This document shows, piece after piece, positions 29,501-43,489 of a DNA stretch of 64,000 bases. The stretch covers positions 10,664,001 to 10,728,000 of the forward strand of contig OZ234494.1 of the NCBI GenBank assembly GCA_965153455.1. The letters are read 5' to 3'. Below the pieces are notes generated by a model. The model ran no database searches and was not told where the DNA came from. It saw nothing but the letters and a program-made list of their open reading frames with translations. The DNA comes from Sphagnum compactum (Eukaryota). Within the stretch, counting starts at the first letter, position 1; the number at the start of each line of letters is the position of its first letter. The position numbers were made by a program, and so were the translations under genes.

Positions 29501-32500
29501 ATTTGCATGATATTATGATTTTTTTAATCAACTTAAAAGACTAAACAAGTATTAATTCATGATTGAACCTTCAAATAGGATTTTGAAGCTTAGCACTAAT
29601 TTTTATATGCTTATATGTTTCTTTTTTCATTTCATATCAGTCACATCATGTAATTGCACAAGCCAAAGATATAAATATATCATGGAATAATTTGAATTAT
29701 TGTACATTTGGATAAAAAAATCCAACAAAGTTGAAAAACTTCAAACAAGTTGTGACATTGGACTTTCTACAATGTGGAACAGGTTTATACAAAATAACAA
29801 TTTTAGTGGCCCTATTCCCCCATATTTCATTCCCAACAATGGCACTTGGACTTTCATGTAAGTAAAAACAAAGATCCAAAAATTTGGCACCGTCTTTGCA
29901 TAAACATTTTTCATGCTTGTGAAAAACATTTCTTTTGAAACTCATGAATTTATATCCATTGTTTTTCATTGTCAAGAAAAATAATGGTTTTGATTCACCA
30001 AATTTGACAATTGTGTGTTTGTGAAAACTTGAAGTTATACTCCAGGAAACCTACTCTTGGACTCACCAATATCCAATCCCAAATCTACAAATATTGGAAT
30101 CATAATTGGTCCTATAATAGGTGGCAGCTTAATACTTGTTGTCATCATTTGTGTTATTGTTTATTTTCAACGTAAAAAAAGGCATGGCAAAACCACCAAA
30201 ATTAGCGAACATTTGCAAATGATGAAATCTACTCATCGAGGTAAGTGAAAAAACACTTTATATTTGGTAATTGATATTTTGACCTTTTTTAGTCATCACA
30301 TGTATTTTAAACATTTTAAAAAAACATTTTGAGTGAAAGTGTGTAAATTGCACAAAATATCATCCCAAATGGTAGTTTTTCATACTCCCTTCAAAGTGTT
30401 TATACCAAAAATGTACAAGAACATAATGATATTTGAATGATAAAATCACATTCATGTAGATGAACCTAACCTTCTAATTCTATGAATGTTTTAAAGTTGG
30501 ATATGATCACAATGTGCTTTGTTTGCATTAATAATTGTCTGACAAAATAACTTAACATATCACTTGGTGTTAGTACTATCAAAATTTGATGTTTTGAAAA
30601 AAAAACCATTTGTCAACAACTAAGACATCTCAATGTATCCAAAAACTTATAAAACGTGCTTATATACTATCACATCAATTTGGGATAATTTGACAAAAAA
30701 TTGATTCTTATAGAAATTGTCCATTGAAAGGAGTATATCAAAAATTAATATATTGAATCAGACGTTTACAAAGGAAAATTTCCTACAACCATCCTTGAAG
30801 GAATCATGTTGTTGGATTTTTGAAAACCTCAAATCCATGATTACTTGAAATGACTATTATCACTTCAAAAATGTAATGGGGTAGTTTATTCAAAAAATTG
30901 GTGTGTTTTGACATTCACACCAAATTTTCCCAAATTTTGGGAGGCACTAAATCATGATGTCATAAAGTGATGTACATAAAATTAACTTTGAATTCGTTGA
31001 GAAAAATGCATAAGTGCATCTGACAATTTAACATCTTGAAAAATTCAATTTATGAACTTGCTTTAAAGTTCCACATTGAACACTCATCTATATAGGTCAA
31101 TGTAATTTTCCTTGTAAATGAACCACATTTGAAGTATGTCAATGAAAAGATTGTATATAGTTTTGCATTAAGTAATGTGAAAAGGTAAAAACATGTACAG
31201 GAATTTATTTCACTTGAAATGTGCTGCACTAGAAAATTTTATCAAAATTATAAGAAAAGAAATTTGGGTGGTTTAGTGTTTGTCAATTGAATGAATGGAA
31301 AGTTATTAGTCTATCACTTCATGTTAAACACAACTAAACCACTATGTACATATTTTTGTTGGAATTAATTTTATGTATGGCTAATGCAATCTATGACATA
31401 GGTATTATACAAACATTCAATTGCATGCAGCAAGATTAATGACTTAATGATCATGTAGGTGCGAAGCCTTATTCACTTGATGAAGTTGTTGTTGCAACTA
31501 ACAACTTCAAGACAATGATTGGAAAAGGAGGGTTTGGACCTGTATATTATGGCAAGCTTGAAGATGGACAAGACGTGGCAATCAAAGAGCTTGATTTTAA
31601 ATCAACCCAAGGACCATCTGAATTCTTTAATGAGGTTTGTAAAAGTTCAAGACTTTTTTTTATGTTCGTAATGAAAACAGTTCAACTTGGTTGTGAAAGC
31701 AAACCCATTTAACTATAAAAACATATTCCAAATTTTTTAATTTTTTATATTTGTAGTAATTCTTTCCCTCCATGTTTTAGAATGTGTTATCAAATCATTC
31801 CAAAATGTGAACTTTGAATTTTGATTTAAAAATATTATACTAACAACTTAGCAATTTTTTAAAATCTTGATTTTGGAACTATATTATTCATTATTTGTCA
31901 AGAATCACCATCTCAAAATTTCAAATATGCCCAGGAGTATTGAACTTATTTAAGATGGACACATTGAGCACCCCCTAAATGTTAAAACTGAAAGTAATGC
32001 ATGGACTAACAAATTATTGATGAGTGATGAAATCATGTGGATCCCACATCCCAAATATTAAAGGACATAATACTTAAGTCATGTAGTTGAAAAGAATTTT
32101 GAATTATGTAGCCCACTAACTCAATGAATTTCATCATTTAATTATTTGAATGATGTTCAAAATTATGGAAGGGTTGACATTTCAAACATTCATCTTCAAG
32201 AACCTTGACCTATGCAATGTTGATTGAATGTGATTGATGTAGGTTGATGTTTTATCAAGGGTGAGCCATCGGAATTTGGTATCTTTAATTGGATATTGCC
32301 ATGAAGATAATCGAAAAATGTTGATTTATGAATACATGCATAAAGGCTCTTTACGTGATCATTTATACGGTACTATCAATTCCTACTCGAATTTTGATTT
32401 TGAACACATGATTGACTCATTATAAGTTCTAATACATGTAAAAACCTCCCTAAACATTTGAGAAATCCTTAAAGTGATCATATCTATGGGTCATCCTTTC

Positions 32501-34745
32501 ACCCCCTACACCTTATGTTAATCTCAAACTCTATTTTTTTTAAGATGAAAGAATTTAATTGAATAAAAAATGAAACTAAATATCAAAATATTTAATGCAC
32601 AAGGTTGGAAATAATTATGGAAAGAAGTAAGCACATTAGTAATGAATGTGCTCAAGAACAAAAAAAAAGATAAGGTGAAATCAAATTATCACAAAATTAA
32701 ATATAATTTGAATTTCACCTTGTCTTCATTCCTTGTTTAAATGCAATGATCTTTTTTACTATTTAAACAAAAATTAACCCCCTTACTGACCAAATTCAAT
32801 GTATTAATCCTATGTTTTCTTCACTTTACATATATCTCTATTCATCACCATGTTTTAATTATGTTGTTAGTGTCATTTATAATTGCTATTGTGATTAATG
32901 AATTTTTCTAGATGGAAATTTTTTGTCAAAGTTCAATGTAAAAAATATGATTTTGGTTTATACAAAAAAATATTTCATGAAATGAATCACCCAAAATTGC
33001 CAAATTTCAAATTTTATTTTTTCCAAATCATCAATTTTTGTGTGATAAGTTCCAACTACATGTAGCCAAGAATATAGAATTGTCCTTAGATTGTCTTATT
33101 TTCATATCTAATTTATAGCCAAATTTAGCTAAATTGACTTATCGATGGTCACCACTTTGGTTACATCACAAAATCCAAAAAAAATAAATCATTAATTCTG
33201 GTTGCAAATCAAAATCAAATAAAAAATTTCATGTTAATATGATTTTTTAAAATTAAACACAGGTGACATAGCAACATTGACAATTGAGCAACTTGATTGG
33301 AAAACACGCATGAACATTGCTCTCAATGCAGCACAAGGTAAATGCTTCAACTCCAACATGATTATTGTTGAGTAACACACCTTTGCAAATTAATGTAATT
33401 TTATTTTAATAACTTGTTCTTTTGCATGGCAAATTTAAATTTTGGGCCTATCAAAATGAAACACGAAACAATATATCATAAAGGAAAAATTTTATTAGTA
33501 CTTATGTTTTCCTAACATATTTACATGGTAATATTTTTAAGACATTTAAATTTGGAATTTGCAGGCCTGGAATATCTACATTCAGGGAGCAATCAAAGCA
33601 TTATTCATCGAGATGTTAAAAGCAGTAACATTTTACTTTCCAATAATATGGAAATCGCAAAAGTTGCAGATTTTGGTCTATCAAGATTAATATATGGGGA
33701 AGATGATATTACTCATGTTACAACAAATGTCAAGGGAACTGCAGGGTATCTTGATCCAGAGTGCGTATTTAACCACATATATTATATGGTCCAATTTATT
33801 GTAATGTGTGACATAGATTACAAAATCAATCGTTTGATGATTAAATATATGCACTTTACATGATTTCATCTTGTAGAATGTAACTTGATAATTTCAAAAT
33901 GTCATATTACATATTGCAATTTGCATTAACAATTAGTGTGCATGACTTTCCTCATTGATAGGTATTTTACAACACGATATTTATCACCAAAAAGTGATGT
34001 ATATGGCTTTGGTGTTGTGCTTTTGGAAATAATATCTGGACGCATGCCTGTAGATCCAACATTGCCAGAACGCAATGCTTGGAATTTGTGTGAGTGGGTA
34101 AGTTATGAATTATAATCCTTTGAAGTTTTTAGAATTTTGATTTTATTTATTTACCTTTAAAAATATGATTTACAAACTGTAATGAGAAAAGATGTATACA
34201 ATATTGGACTTGTATGTTCTTGCTCTGTTGTTTCACCCAAGATATACTCGTATGTGTGCTACAAAATGGAATTAGGTGGGTATATCAATTATATACTTTA
34301 AATACTTGGTCCATGGAAACATTACACATGATGGTGATATAGAAGTAAAATATCAAGTTTTAACCAAGCAACAATGAATGTCTATTGAACATACACTTAA
34401 AAACCTGTTTGCAAATGATATCAAAAGGTACAAATAATATGTGTATGTGTTGAATAGGTGCGATCCAATCTTCAAGCGGGAAATATTGACAAGATTTTGG
34501 ACCCTATTGTGAAAGCTTCAAATCCCCAACTTGATGCTTTATGGAAAGTTGCAGAAATTGCCATCCAATGTGTGGAACCCAAATCTATTCATAGACCAAC
34601 AATGACCAAGGTAGTTGAAGAATTACGGGCTGCACTCTTACAAGAAGGCTTGAACCCGACATTATCTGAATATTCACCAAATGATACATATGGAATTCAA
34701 GATCAATCTGGATTTCAAACAGATTCAACATTTGATCCTAGATGA
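23587..34745 (+). CDS. Malectin-like domain + LRR receptor-like Ser/Thr kinase (LRR-I / IOS1-At1g67720-like architecture), copy A; 15 exons, ~932 aa
   Basis: Hand-spliced with GT-AG introns; reading frame consistent throughout (2799 nt). Exons: 23587-23686, 24249-24795, 25214-25743, 26181-26310, 27852-27923, 28945-29013, 29390-29461, 29783-29857, 30035-30240, 31459-31634, 32243-32369, 33263-33337, 33565-33760, 33962-34097, 34458-34745. Motifs: signal peptide [64 protein letters not shown], PDDx[27 protein letters not shown] (malectin-like); [12 protein letters not shown] (LRR N-cap); LxLxNNxLxGxIP repeats; [27 protein letters not shown] followed by RKKR; kinase [64 protein letters not shown]. 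Confidence 0.95.
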
Positions 34746-36473
34746 TCAATAGAGATTTGTGGACACCAACTCTTAATATATGAACTATAAAATTTTAACA
34801 TCACATCTATTTATATTTTATAAATCTAATGGATGTGGACAAACTTAAAAGGTTAAAGGTGCATCCATTTACGTTATAATGACACTTTCAATTCAAGTTT
34901 TAATGTTCATATATGTAATAATGTTGAACTCTTTTCTGTATCACTATTACAAAAATTTGGATAACAAATTATCTAATGTAGCTATTCATAATGCCTTTGA
35001 TGTTTTAAAAATTAAGAAACTCTTTTAAAAAATCAGCCAAAAATGCAATATGTAAAGTTTTGAACTTATTAATCATAAAGTGTTTTATGAATGATTTCAT
35101 GTTTTTTATGTGATTCAATTATCTTCATTCATAACAAAGAATTTTTTTCATTAGTGAAGATCGCATGTCATAAACACTTCTTTTGACAAAAAAAATCATA
35201 ATTTTATTGAAAGATCCTAAGGTGTTTCTACAATCAATATAAACCAAACCAACCTAACTACTAAGCAAATTGAATCTTGGATCTTTTTAACATAAAATCC
35301 ATTTTGCATTAATCTAAACTTGAATGAATATTGAGATAAAATATATCAATGATCATTACCATACCTTTGGCTAAGGTTTGGTGTTAAATAATTCTCAAAA
35401 GGGAGATTTGGGAAAAAAAACAAAAAACCTAAAAATTTGAACTTATGATCTTTTAATTTGATTAAAAGATATTGTCCCTACCATTGATCTAGCATCTTTT
35501 CTTTTGAAAATTATGTGCATTTCTTGCATTAAAAAACTAATTGTCAAATATTACTTATTTAAGATGGGGCTATTGAACCTTTTTTGTTGAAATTTTAATT
35601 TTTCAATAGTTTGTTCCAAATGTTGATTGAGGATACAGTAGTAGATTTAGGATAACTTTGAGGTGGATTGGGTGATTATGCCTACTTTAATTCATGATTA
35701 GATCATGCTAGATGTTGACCGTATGAACAAACATAGCTATAATTGTGGGTTCATTGTGTAAATTGATAATTCCCAACTTGTGGAACAAAAGGTTTCTAGT
35801 TTCTTTTAAAATATGGCCATATTATATCTATTATACTATTGAAAATAGTTCTAATTTTGAAGAGTGCATATGAAATTGTGAAATCTAAAATTTACAATAT
35901 ATAATCTTGATTTGGCTACCAAATACAATATACTAAATGATAAGCAAATAGAAAATGATAATCATGGAACTCAAATGATAAATTTATAACATTGATTTCA
36001 ATGGTCACTCTTGATTTTAATAACATGTACAAGTAACTACTTAGGTTCTTTTGTTGATATTTTTTTCATATTAAACAACTTGAAAATTCACACAATAGGA
36101 ACCTGTGTGTTAATGAGTTGAAAGAATTCCTATGTACTTGAAATTATTTCATCACTTACAAATCCATTCATTGTTTATTCAATCATTGTGTTGGACCATT
36201 CAAAATTTGATATCCCTCCACTTTTCATTTGATATCATTACATGAATCATTTCATAATTTATCATCCCAATAATCCATTTTCAAAAGCAGATTCATCTTA
36301 TTTGCTTATTTGGCATCCATGGAAGTTTTCAAATTAGACTTGTTATACACAAACACACACATATATATCCATCTAATGCGCTAGATATGTTCAACAAAAT
36401 ATCAATGGGATTTGGTGTCTTTTGATACGAAATTAGTTCGTACCAATATTATTATTTGGTTCTTAAGTTTTTA

Positions 36474-37233
36474 GGGTTTGTTCATAATTAAGGTACCAAA
36501 AAGGAATGACTTGTATTTAAAGGACTACAAAGGATAACTTTGGATTTTTGTTTATTTTACATTATTATAGTTGCATTGGATTATTGTATGCCAATAAACA
36601 AAATGATGTCTTGTTAAATTATTAAAAATATTTAAAAATAATTTGAATATTATGTAAATATTATTTTAAGTCTTGTAAACTAACTATATCAAGTGTTTAA
36701 ACTACACTTTTTTTAAAGGAATCAACAGGAATGCATAAAATTATACAATTATCTTCAAACTTTTTGTACAACAAAAACATGCCCCCTTTTATGAAAGTAG
36801 TTACATGTTCATTGGATGAACTTGATGAAAAACCAAATTATACAAAAACTTCAAAATCTTGAAATTTCAAAGGAAAAGGCTGCAAAGCAAATGATTCTTT
36901 TTTTAACCATTTGATCAAAAAACTGTGTTCAATGGTTTCAAAATGTCAAGCTTTAGGTGCAAGTCACATGTGCAAGAAATAATCTTGCCAGTTTGGTTGT
37001 CCATTGAAACTCATTTTTGGATTTTTTGCATTTCTGGCTATAAACCAAAATAGACGCACAATTATATGTATGATTGTGAAAATTTACCATTGTCACATAA
37101 ATTTATCTTAAATTAAACTATTCAATCTTTTTCACTTAAATTTGTTTCAAGTAAATGTTATTTGCAAAAAGTAGCCCCACAAAAGTCATGGTGTCCTATG
37201 TCTTTTTTTGGAACCCCAACCATGAATAAGCAT
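36474..37233. mobile_element. ~760 bp non-autonomous TIR transposon (family 2, copy 1)
   Basis: Colinear with 44821-45566; degenerate ~15 bp TIR (approximate consensus rggcttattcayrgtt); flanked by (T)TTTA on both sides. Confidence 0.75.
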
Positions 37234-38556
37234 TTTATATATAAAAGATTTGTTGATTCAAATCTATTTTAATTCTAAAACTTAGAACCTACAAATTCCA
37301 AGGTTGTGTTAAATTTTTTAAACTACCAATTCTTGAATCTAAAGGAACCCATTAGTTTGAAGTTCAAAATCACTTTTGAGATTTAGTGTTTTATAACGTG
37401 AAGGTGAGAAATTAAAACTTTAAAAATCCATCCAAAGCAATTTTCTTCTTCACCTTAGACTTTGGTAAACTAACACTTTACTTATTTCAAAAAAAGTCTT
37501 CACCTTTCTTCATAAGCATAGGACTTCAACTCCAACAATGTTTCATGGTCTAGTATTGTGCATAACTAGAATACCTTCATTGTTAGTCCTTCACTTTTGT
37601 ACCAAACAAATGGATTCAACAACTTTTAATCCTTTAACACCTTCACAACCATTTGAATATAGATGCAAGAAATTAAAGTTTTATATATAGAACTTTGTAT
37701 AAAACTAGATTGTCCTTTGTAACAAAGAAAATGCAAACATCTTCATCTTCATTTAATTATGGCAAATTTGAAAATATTATTTTCATTCATACACAACATT
37801 ATAAGGCCCTAGAGGACCCTACCCCTATTTAATTTATGGCATAGAAAGTATTTAAAAACCTTTAAGACTCATCAAATCTAGTTTTAAAGTGATTCTAGTT
37901 CTATGTAAACATGGTGGGTTTAATTTTTAATTTTAGATGTAATTGAACACCTAAAAATTGTGTAACACTACTTTCTTGTTGAAGGCTATAATAGACTTTA
38001 GATTTATTTTTGGACACATTTTATAATAATCGAAAATCTTTTCTAAAAACACTCTTTTACCAAAAATTGTTGATGTACCAAAAATCCATCTTTATTGAAA
38101 TCCTTTATTTTGACAAAAACATAATGCTAGAAGATTATATATTTTTAGAACCATGTTATTTGATTCAAATTATATATTATGTTTCTGAAAGCATGATATG
38201 ATTTTTTTTTGTTATAGATAAATTTCAAATCTTTTTATCTAATTTCAGTGGGGTCATCGTTTGTGACCCTTATCCCTACTTTTGATCTACTTAAGAACTT
38301 GGGGTGCAAATGGGATAACTAAGCCACACCCACCCCTTGGGTGATAACTTATTAGGTGTTTATTTTGGAATATTCTTAGAATACTTTAAACAAAATTCTT
38401 GAAAATTCTCATCACACTATTATGTTGTGGTTTATGTAAAAAATTGTTTTAAAATGTCATTTTCAAAAAAATTCAACTCCATTTACAAGTCCTTTTGTGG
38501 TTTAAAAACATTGGTTAAAATGTTTTCAAACTGATTTTGGGTGAAAACATGGTCAA

Positions 38557-39176
38557 ACAAGTTAGGGGCACCAAGGTAAAAGTCTTTTGCCAAGGACTAC
38601 ACATAACATGTGTCATTTTTGTGTTGGTTTATACCTTTAAATTTTGTATTTCGAATCCATTTAGCCTTGCATTTTCGATATAAATACATTTTGACTACAA
38701 GTTTTATATTATGTATATTATGCATTCATGCCCTCTATTTCATAAATATGAACAAATTTTGTTAAAGGCACATGTTCAAAATCCATAGTTTTCAAGGTCA
38801 AAAGCACTTTTGAACCAAATATGTTCAAATTAATTATAAAATCCATTTTCATGAGTTCAAATCTTTTTGCCCTTCTAATCATCAATGTTAAAATCCTTTC
38901 CAATTTTCAATAGGAATGGTGCACATTTGGTAGAAAAAAAAATAATCGAAAAAAAATAAAGATTATTTATTCTTGAAGTTTGAGTGCTTTGAACATGCAA
39001 AAACATTTTTGATTTGTATCAAGCTTGGAGCATGTAATCTTTGCAATTAATAGAAAATATTCCAAAAAAATTATGACAATCCAAAATATTATGGTTCACT
39101 TGTGATCATTCAAACATTCAAAAATGCAATTTTATGAAGTGTCCACTCATTTGGGTGGTTCCTTTAACTATGTTCT
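38557..39176. mobile_element. ~620 bp MITE-like dispersed repeat (family 1, copy 2)
   Basis: Matches 3372-4010; ends aacaagttaggggcacc / ggtggttcctttaactatgtt are imperfect inverted repeats. Confidence 0.7.
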
Positions 39177-39223
39177 TACCCTTTTGGGTATTTTTCAATC
39201 ATTAGACTGATTTCAAAATTTTA

Positions 39224-39251
39224 GATATATATATATATATATATATATATA
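39224..39251. repeat. (TA)n microsatellite
   Basis: Direct reading of the sequence. Confidence 0.9.
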
Positions 39252-41099
39252 CATTGAAAATAACATTATGTAAAATCAATTCCATTTGGAGTTCTTCATT
39301 TTTTTTTAAATGTTAAATAAACAAAACCAAGCGCTGGTTACATTTGTTCATGTGTTAGTGTGACTAAGGTATTTGCAAACTAGAGTGGACCAATTTTGTC
39401 TACATTTTGGAGTCCCTAAAAGCAATTTTCATAGCTTACATGCCAAATATTTAAACTTCGAATTTTGTAAAAACTACTCATCTTTTCCAAAAAAATAATG
39501 ACACATGACTATCTATTTTAGGCTAAGTTACAATCTTTGTGAAAAAAAAAATTTTAATTCCACAAAATCGTGATATGATGGACTTTACATTTTTCACTGA
39601 TTTTTGTTATCATGAAAAGTCCACCAAATTTTCATATGGTGCTAAAATGGTTTAAAGAACCTCATTTTGAATTACAAACCAAGGTTCAAATTTTTGAAGA
39701 GTCCATCTAGGTTATTTCATTACAAACCATAATAATAGTGAGTCCATTTCCAACTTTTATAAGGACTGTGACAATGCAACTCATTTTCAATTAAAAGTCC
39801 CCCATTTGATGTAAATTTTTTGGATGATTCCACTTTTATATCACAATAAATTATATAATAATCATATGACTAAGTCCCTTTTTATTAGAGTAATTATTTT
39901 CTTGACATGAGGCACATAGTAATCCATAAGGGTACCAAAAAAATGACATTGTGACCTCCAAAAATGGACACTCTAGCTTGCAAACACCCACTACATCCTT
40001 TGGGGGAGGATGCTTGGGCTAAAGTGAGGATTCATTCTATGTTATTTTTTTATTGTAGAGTAATTTGTAAAAAACACATTCTTGAAATCATCTTTTGCAT
40101 TGGAAAGTTGTGCAATTTTTTGTTTGAACTTGTATTTGCTTGTTGTTGAAGTTGTTTATTTTGAAACATATTTTTTCCTTGAAGTTGTATTTGTTTGACA
40201 ACATTGAATGTTGGATTTATTTTAAGTTATTTTCACATACTTTCATTTGAAAATATGAAAGTCTATTTGAACTAATTGACAAAATTTTCTATCCTAAACT
40301 ACTTGTCATTTAAAAAGTTGCAAGACATGTATTTCACATTTGTTCCTTTTTCTAGATACATAAAACCTCGAATATTACTAAGTGGCCTTAACATTTGGCA
40401 ACCATACTATGGCCATCATGGATACAAAACTAGGATGTTTTGTTTAATGACTTTTATTTTAAAAGTTTGGGTAGGAGTCATTTGTCTTCACCAAAAAAAT
40501 GGATTTTATTTTCAAAAGTGATTATGTATTTTTTGTGTTTTTTATTTTTAGAGAAGCCACATAAAACTTCAATTTTTTTTTGAAAAATACCAAAGTCTTT
40601 TACTTTGTCTATAAGTTGTTTTTTGCTTCAATACAACAATAATGTTTCCTAGGCACATGAGGAAGCAATTGGACAAAGTGTTGCAGAAAAGAAAACAAGG
40701 TGGACCTTTTGATGGTCAAGGAGTGGAGCTACCAAAAATGGATATGGAGGACATTGCTATTATTCATATCGAGGAGTAAAGGGAGTTGGAGACTACCACC
40801 CAAAAAAAAAGAACAAAAAAATTGGAGTGATATCAAAAACCATATAATAGAAAGGGTTTGTTGGGGTAATTATGCAAATGGACACATTGGGGGAACCTAT
40901 TTGGAACCCTACTAAAAACCAAGGTTTTTAGTACCCAATACTTATGCTCAAAATAAGGAAAGTCTTCAACTCCAAAGGTGATTAAAGGAATTATGGCAAT
41001 TTCAAAAGAAGGATACTTCCAATGACAAGCACAATGGCCATTCCTCAAGGATGAGTTTCACAGATGATGATGAATTTTAATATAAATTTTGATAACCTT

Positions 41100-42200
41100 C
41101 AATTTAATGTTTAGAAATTGAATTGTTTATGGTTTAGGGTTTAAAATATTGAAATGTTTATGGTTTAAAACTTTACGTGTTTAAGGTTTAGGGTTTACTA
41201 TTTAGGGTTTTAAGTCTTTAGGGTTAATCATTGAAGGTTTTAGAAGTTGAGTTGTTTATGGTTTAAGGTTTTATGTGTTTAGGATTTAAGGTTTTAGAAG
41301 TTTAATTGTTTATAATTTAAAGTTTTATGTGTTTAGGGTCTAGGGTTTTAGAGGTTGAATTGTTTATGTTTTAGTGCTTTATGTGTTTAGGGTTTAGGTT
41401 TCTAAGTTTTTAGGGTTAAGGGTTTATGTTTTAGTGCTTTATGTGTTTAGGGTTTAGGTTTCTAAGTTTTTAGGGTTAAGGGTTTATAGTTTTAGAAATT
41501 TCATTGTTTATGGTTTAGGGTTTTACATGTTTAGGGCTTTAAAGGTTGAATTAATTATGGTTTAAGGCTTTGAAGTTTACATGTCTAAAGTTTAGGTTCA
41601 AAGTTTAATGTTTAACATTTAGGGTTTAAGGTTTAAGGTTTTAAGTCTTTAGGGTTTAAGGTTTAAGGTTCTAGAGGTTGAGTTGTTTATGGTTTAGGGC
41701 TTTATGTGTTTAGGGTTTAAGATTTAAAAGTTGAATTGTTTATGGTTTAGGGTTTTACGTGTTTAAAATTTAGGGTTTACTATTGGAGTTTTAAATCTTT
41801 AGGGTTAAAGGCTTACAATTTTAAAGGTTGAGTCATTTATGGTTTCAGGTTTTACTTGTTTATCATTTACCATTTTATACGTTGAACTATTTATGGATTA
41901 AGGTTATATATGTTTATGGTTTAAGGTTTTACGTGTTTAGGGTTTGTGATTTTAATGTGTAGGGTTAAGGTTTATAATTTTAAAAATTGAGTCATTTATG
42001 GTTTAGGGCTTTAAAATTTACGTCTAAGGTTTAAGGTTCAAGGTTTGATGTGTAGCATTCACGGTTTAATGTTTAAGGTTTAGTGTTTAGGGTGTTAAGT
42101 TTTTAAGGTTAAAGGTTTAAGGTTTTAGAGGTTGAATTGTCTATGGTTTAAAGCTTTACGTGTTTAGGTTTTTGAATTTTAGAAATTGAATTTTTTATGA
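41100..42200 (+). repeat. Degenerate TTTAGGG-derived (plant telomere-like) array, G-strand on +
   Basis: Numerous tttaggg/tttaagg/tttatgg words with a recurring gttgaattgtttatggtt spacer; small satellite patch at 42650-42700. Confidence 0.85.
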
Positions 42201-43489
42201 TTTATCACATATTTAATTAATTTAAAATTAAATTGTTAATTTAGAACTTTACCCAACCTAGTGGATGGTATGAATTCCACCTGGTGGCCACCAAATTTAA
42301 CAAATGAAACCTTATATTCAACAAGTAAAAATAACAATCATTAAGAAATATAACAATGTCATCCATGTAGACATTTTGACTTGAAATAAATCATACCAAT
42401 TTTTTTATGCAACATTTACAATCTTTTTTTTTTAATACATTGAAAAACATGAAACCAATTTGACAACAACAACATTGTCAATGGATCCATTCGTCTTGCT
42501 CATACTATAAAAAATATAACATGTTAGTTTCAAAATAATATATTATGATGAAAAAAGTATTTTGCTTGGTGTCGATTAAATGAAAATTATAGGTTATTCA
42601 TTATCGAGGTTGGAAGTTTTTAATTCTTATTTATGAAAAACAGAAATTTAAAGGCTTTATGTGTTTAAAGTTTAGGGTTAAGGGTTTAGGGTTTAAAGCG
42701 TTTAACATTTTTCATAGTTCAAAATAATCCATCCTTTTCAATGAAATAGTTGTAAACCTGAAATAAATTTAACACACACACACATATATATATTGAATTT
42801 GGTATGTGTAGGCCATTGGGTATCTTTTCAATAAGACCATGTTGGATAATGTGATGTTCAATTCACCTTAAACATAAATTTTGTATGATATTATCCCCCA
42901 AATAATTCACATCATAATCACAACAAGATTTGATACATTTGATCAATTTGCCAAAAATCAAATAAAACATTTATCTTTGTCATATCGCATTGAGATACAT
43001 TGGTATGTATTTGATTATTGAGTATTACTTTGGTAAATAAAATCAAAACATTGAAATAACTTTCTCATTAATTTATTAAATGAATCATAATATAATGGTT
43101 TCGTGTGTTTGCACAATTGGATTGTGGGATCCGAGGATTTTTTAACCAACCTAATTTCATGCAATAAATTTTTGTGTAAATTTTCAATGTAAATTGTTTG
43201 TGTAATTTCATAGTAGCCAAAATTTGTGATGGTTTTTTATATTTTGTTCAAAGGATAACTTCTTTACAACTTTTCCAATTTTGAACCAAATACCACATGC
43301 ACATGGGAGTGGTTGGACAAGAGTCAATGTTTTCTTATGCATTTGATTTTGCCCATGTGGTTCTTAAATTGAATTGAATTCAATTGATGACAAATGTGAT
43401 GTAAATTCATGCAAAATATATTGAAAATTTGTTCATCATTTTGACCTTCAACCTCAAATCTTACATTTGAAATGTTACATTGTAGACCA

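Larger units (their letters stand above)
16815..31270 (+). repeat. Segmental tandem duplication, copy A (at least 14.4 kb; includes ~6.8 kb upstream of the gene)
   Basis: Colinear with 49560-64000, starting at ctatgtatctttgtggaaatgctcac; offset ~32.7 kb; many ORF-track peptides recur in both copies. Confidence 0.97.

Noticed and set aside
31402-31458. Alternative acceptors upstream of the first kinase exon that would give a kinase-less receptor
   Set aside because: They lead to immediate stops, and nothing in the sequence shows they are used.
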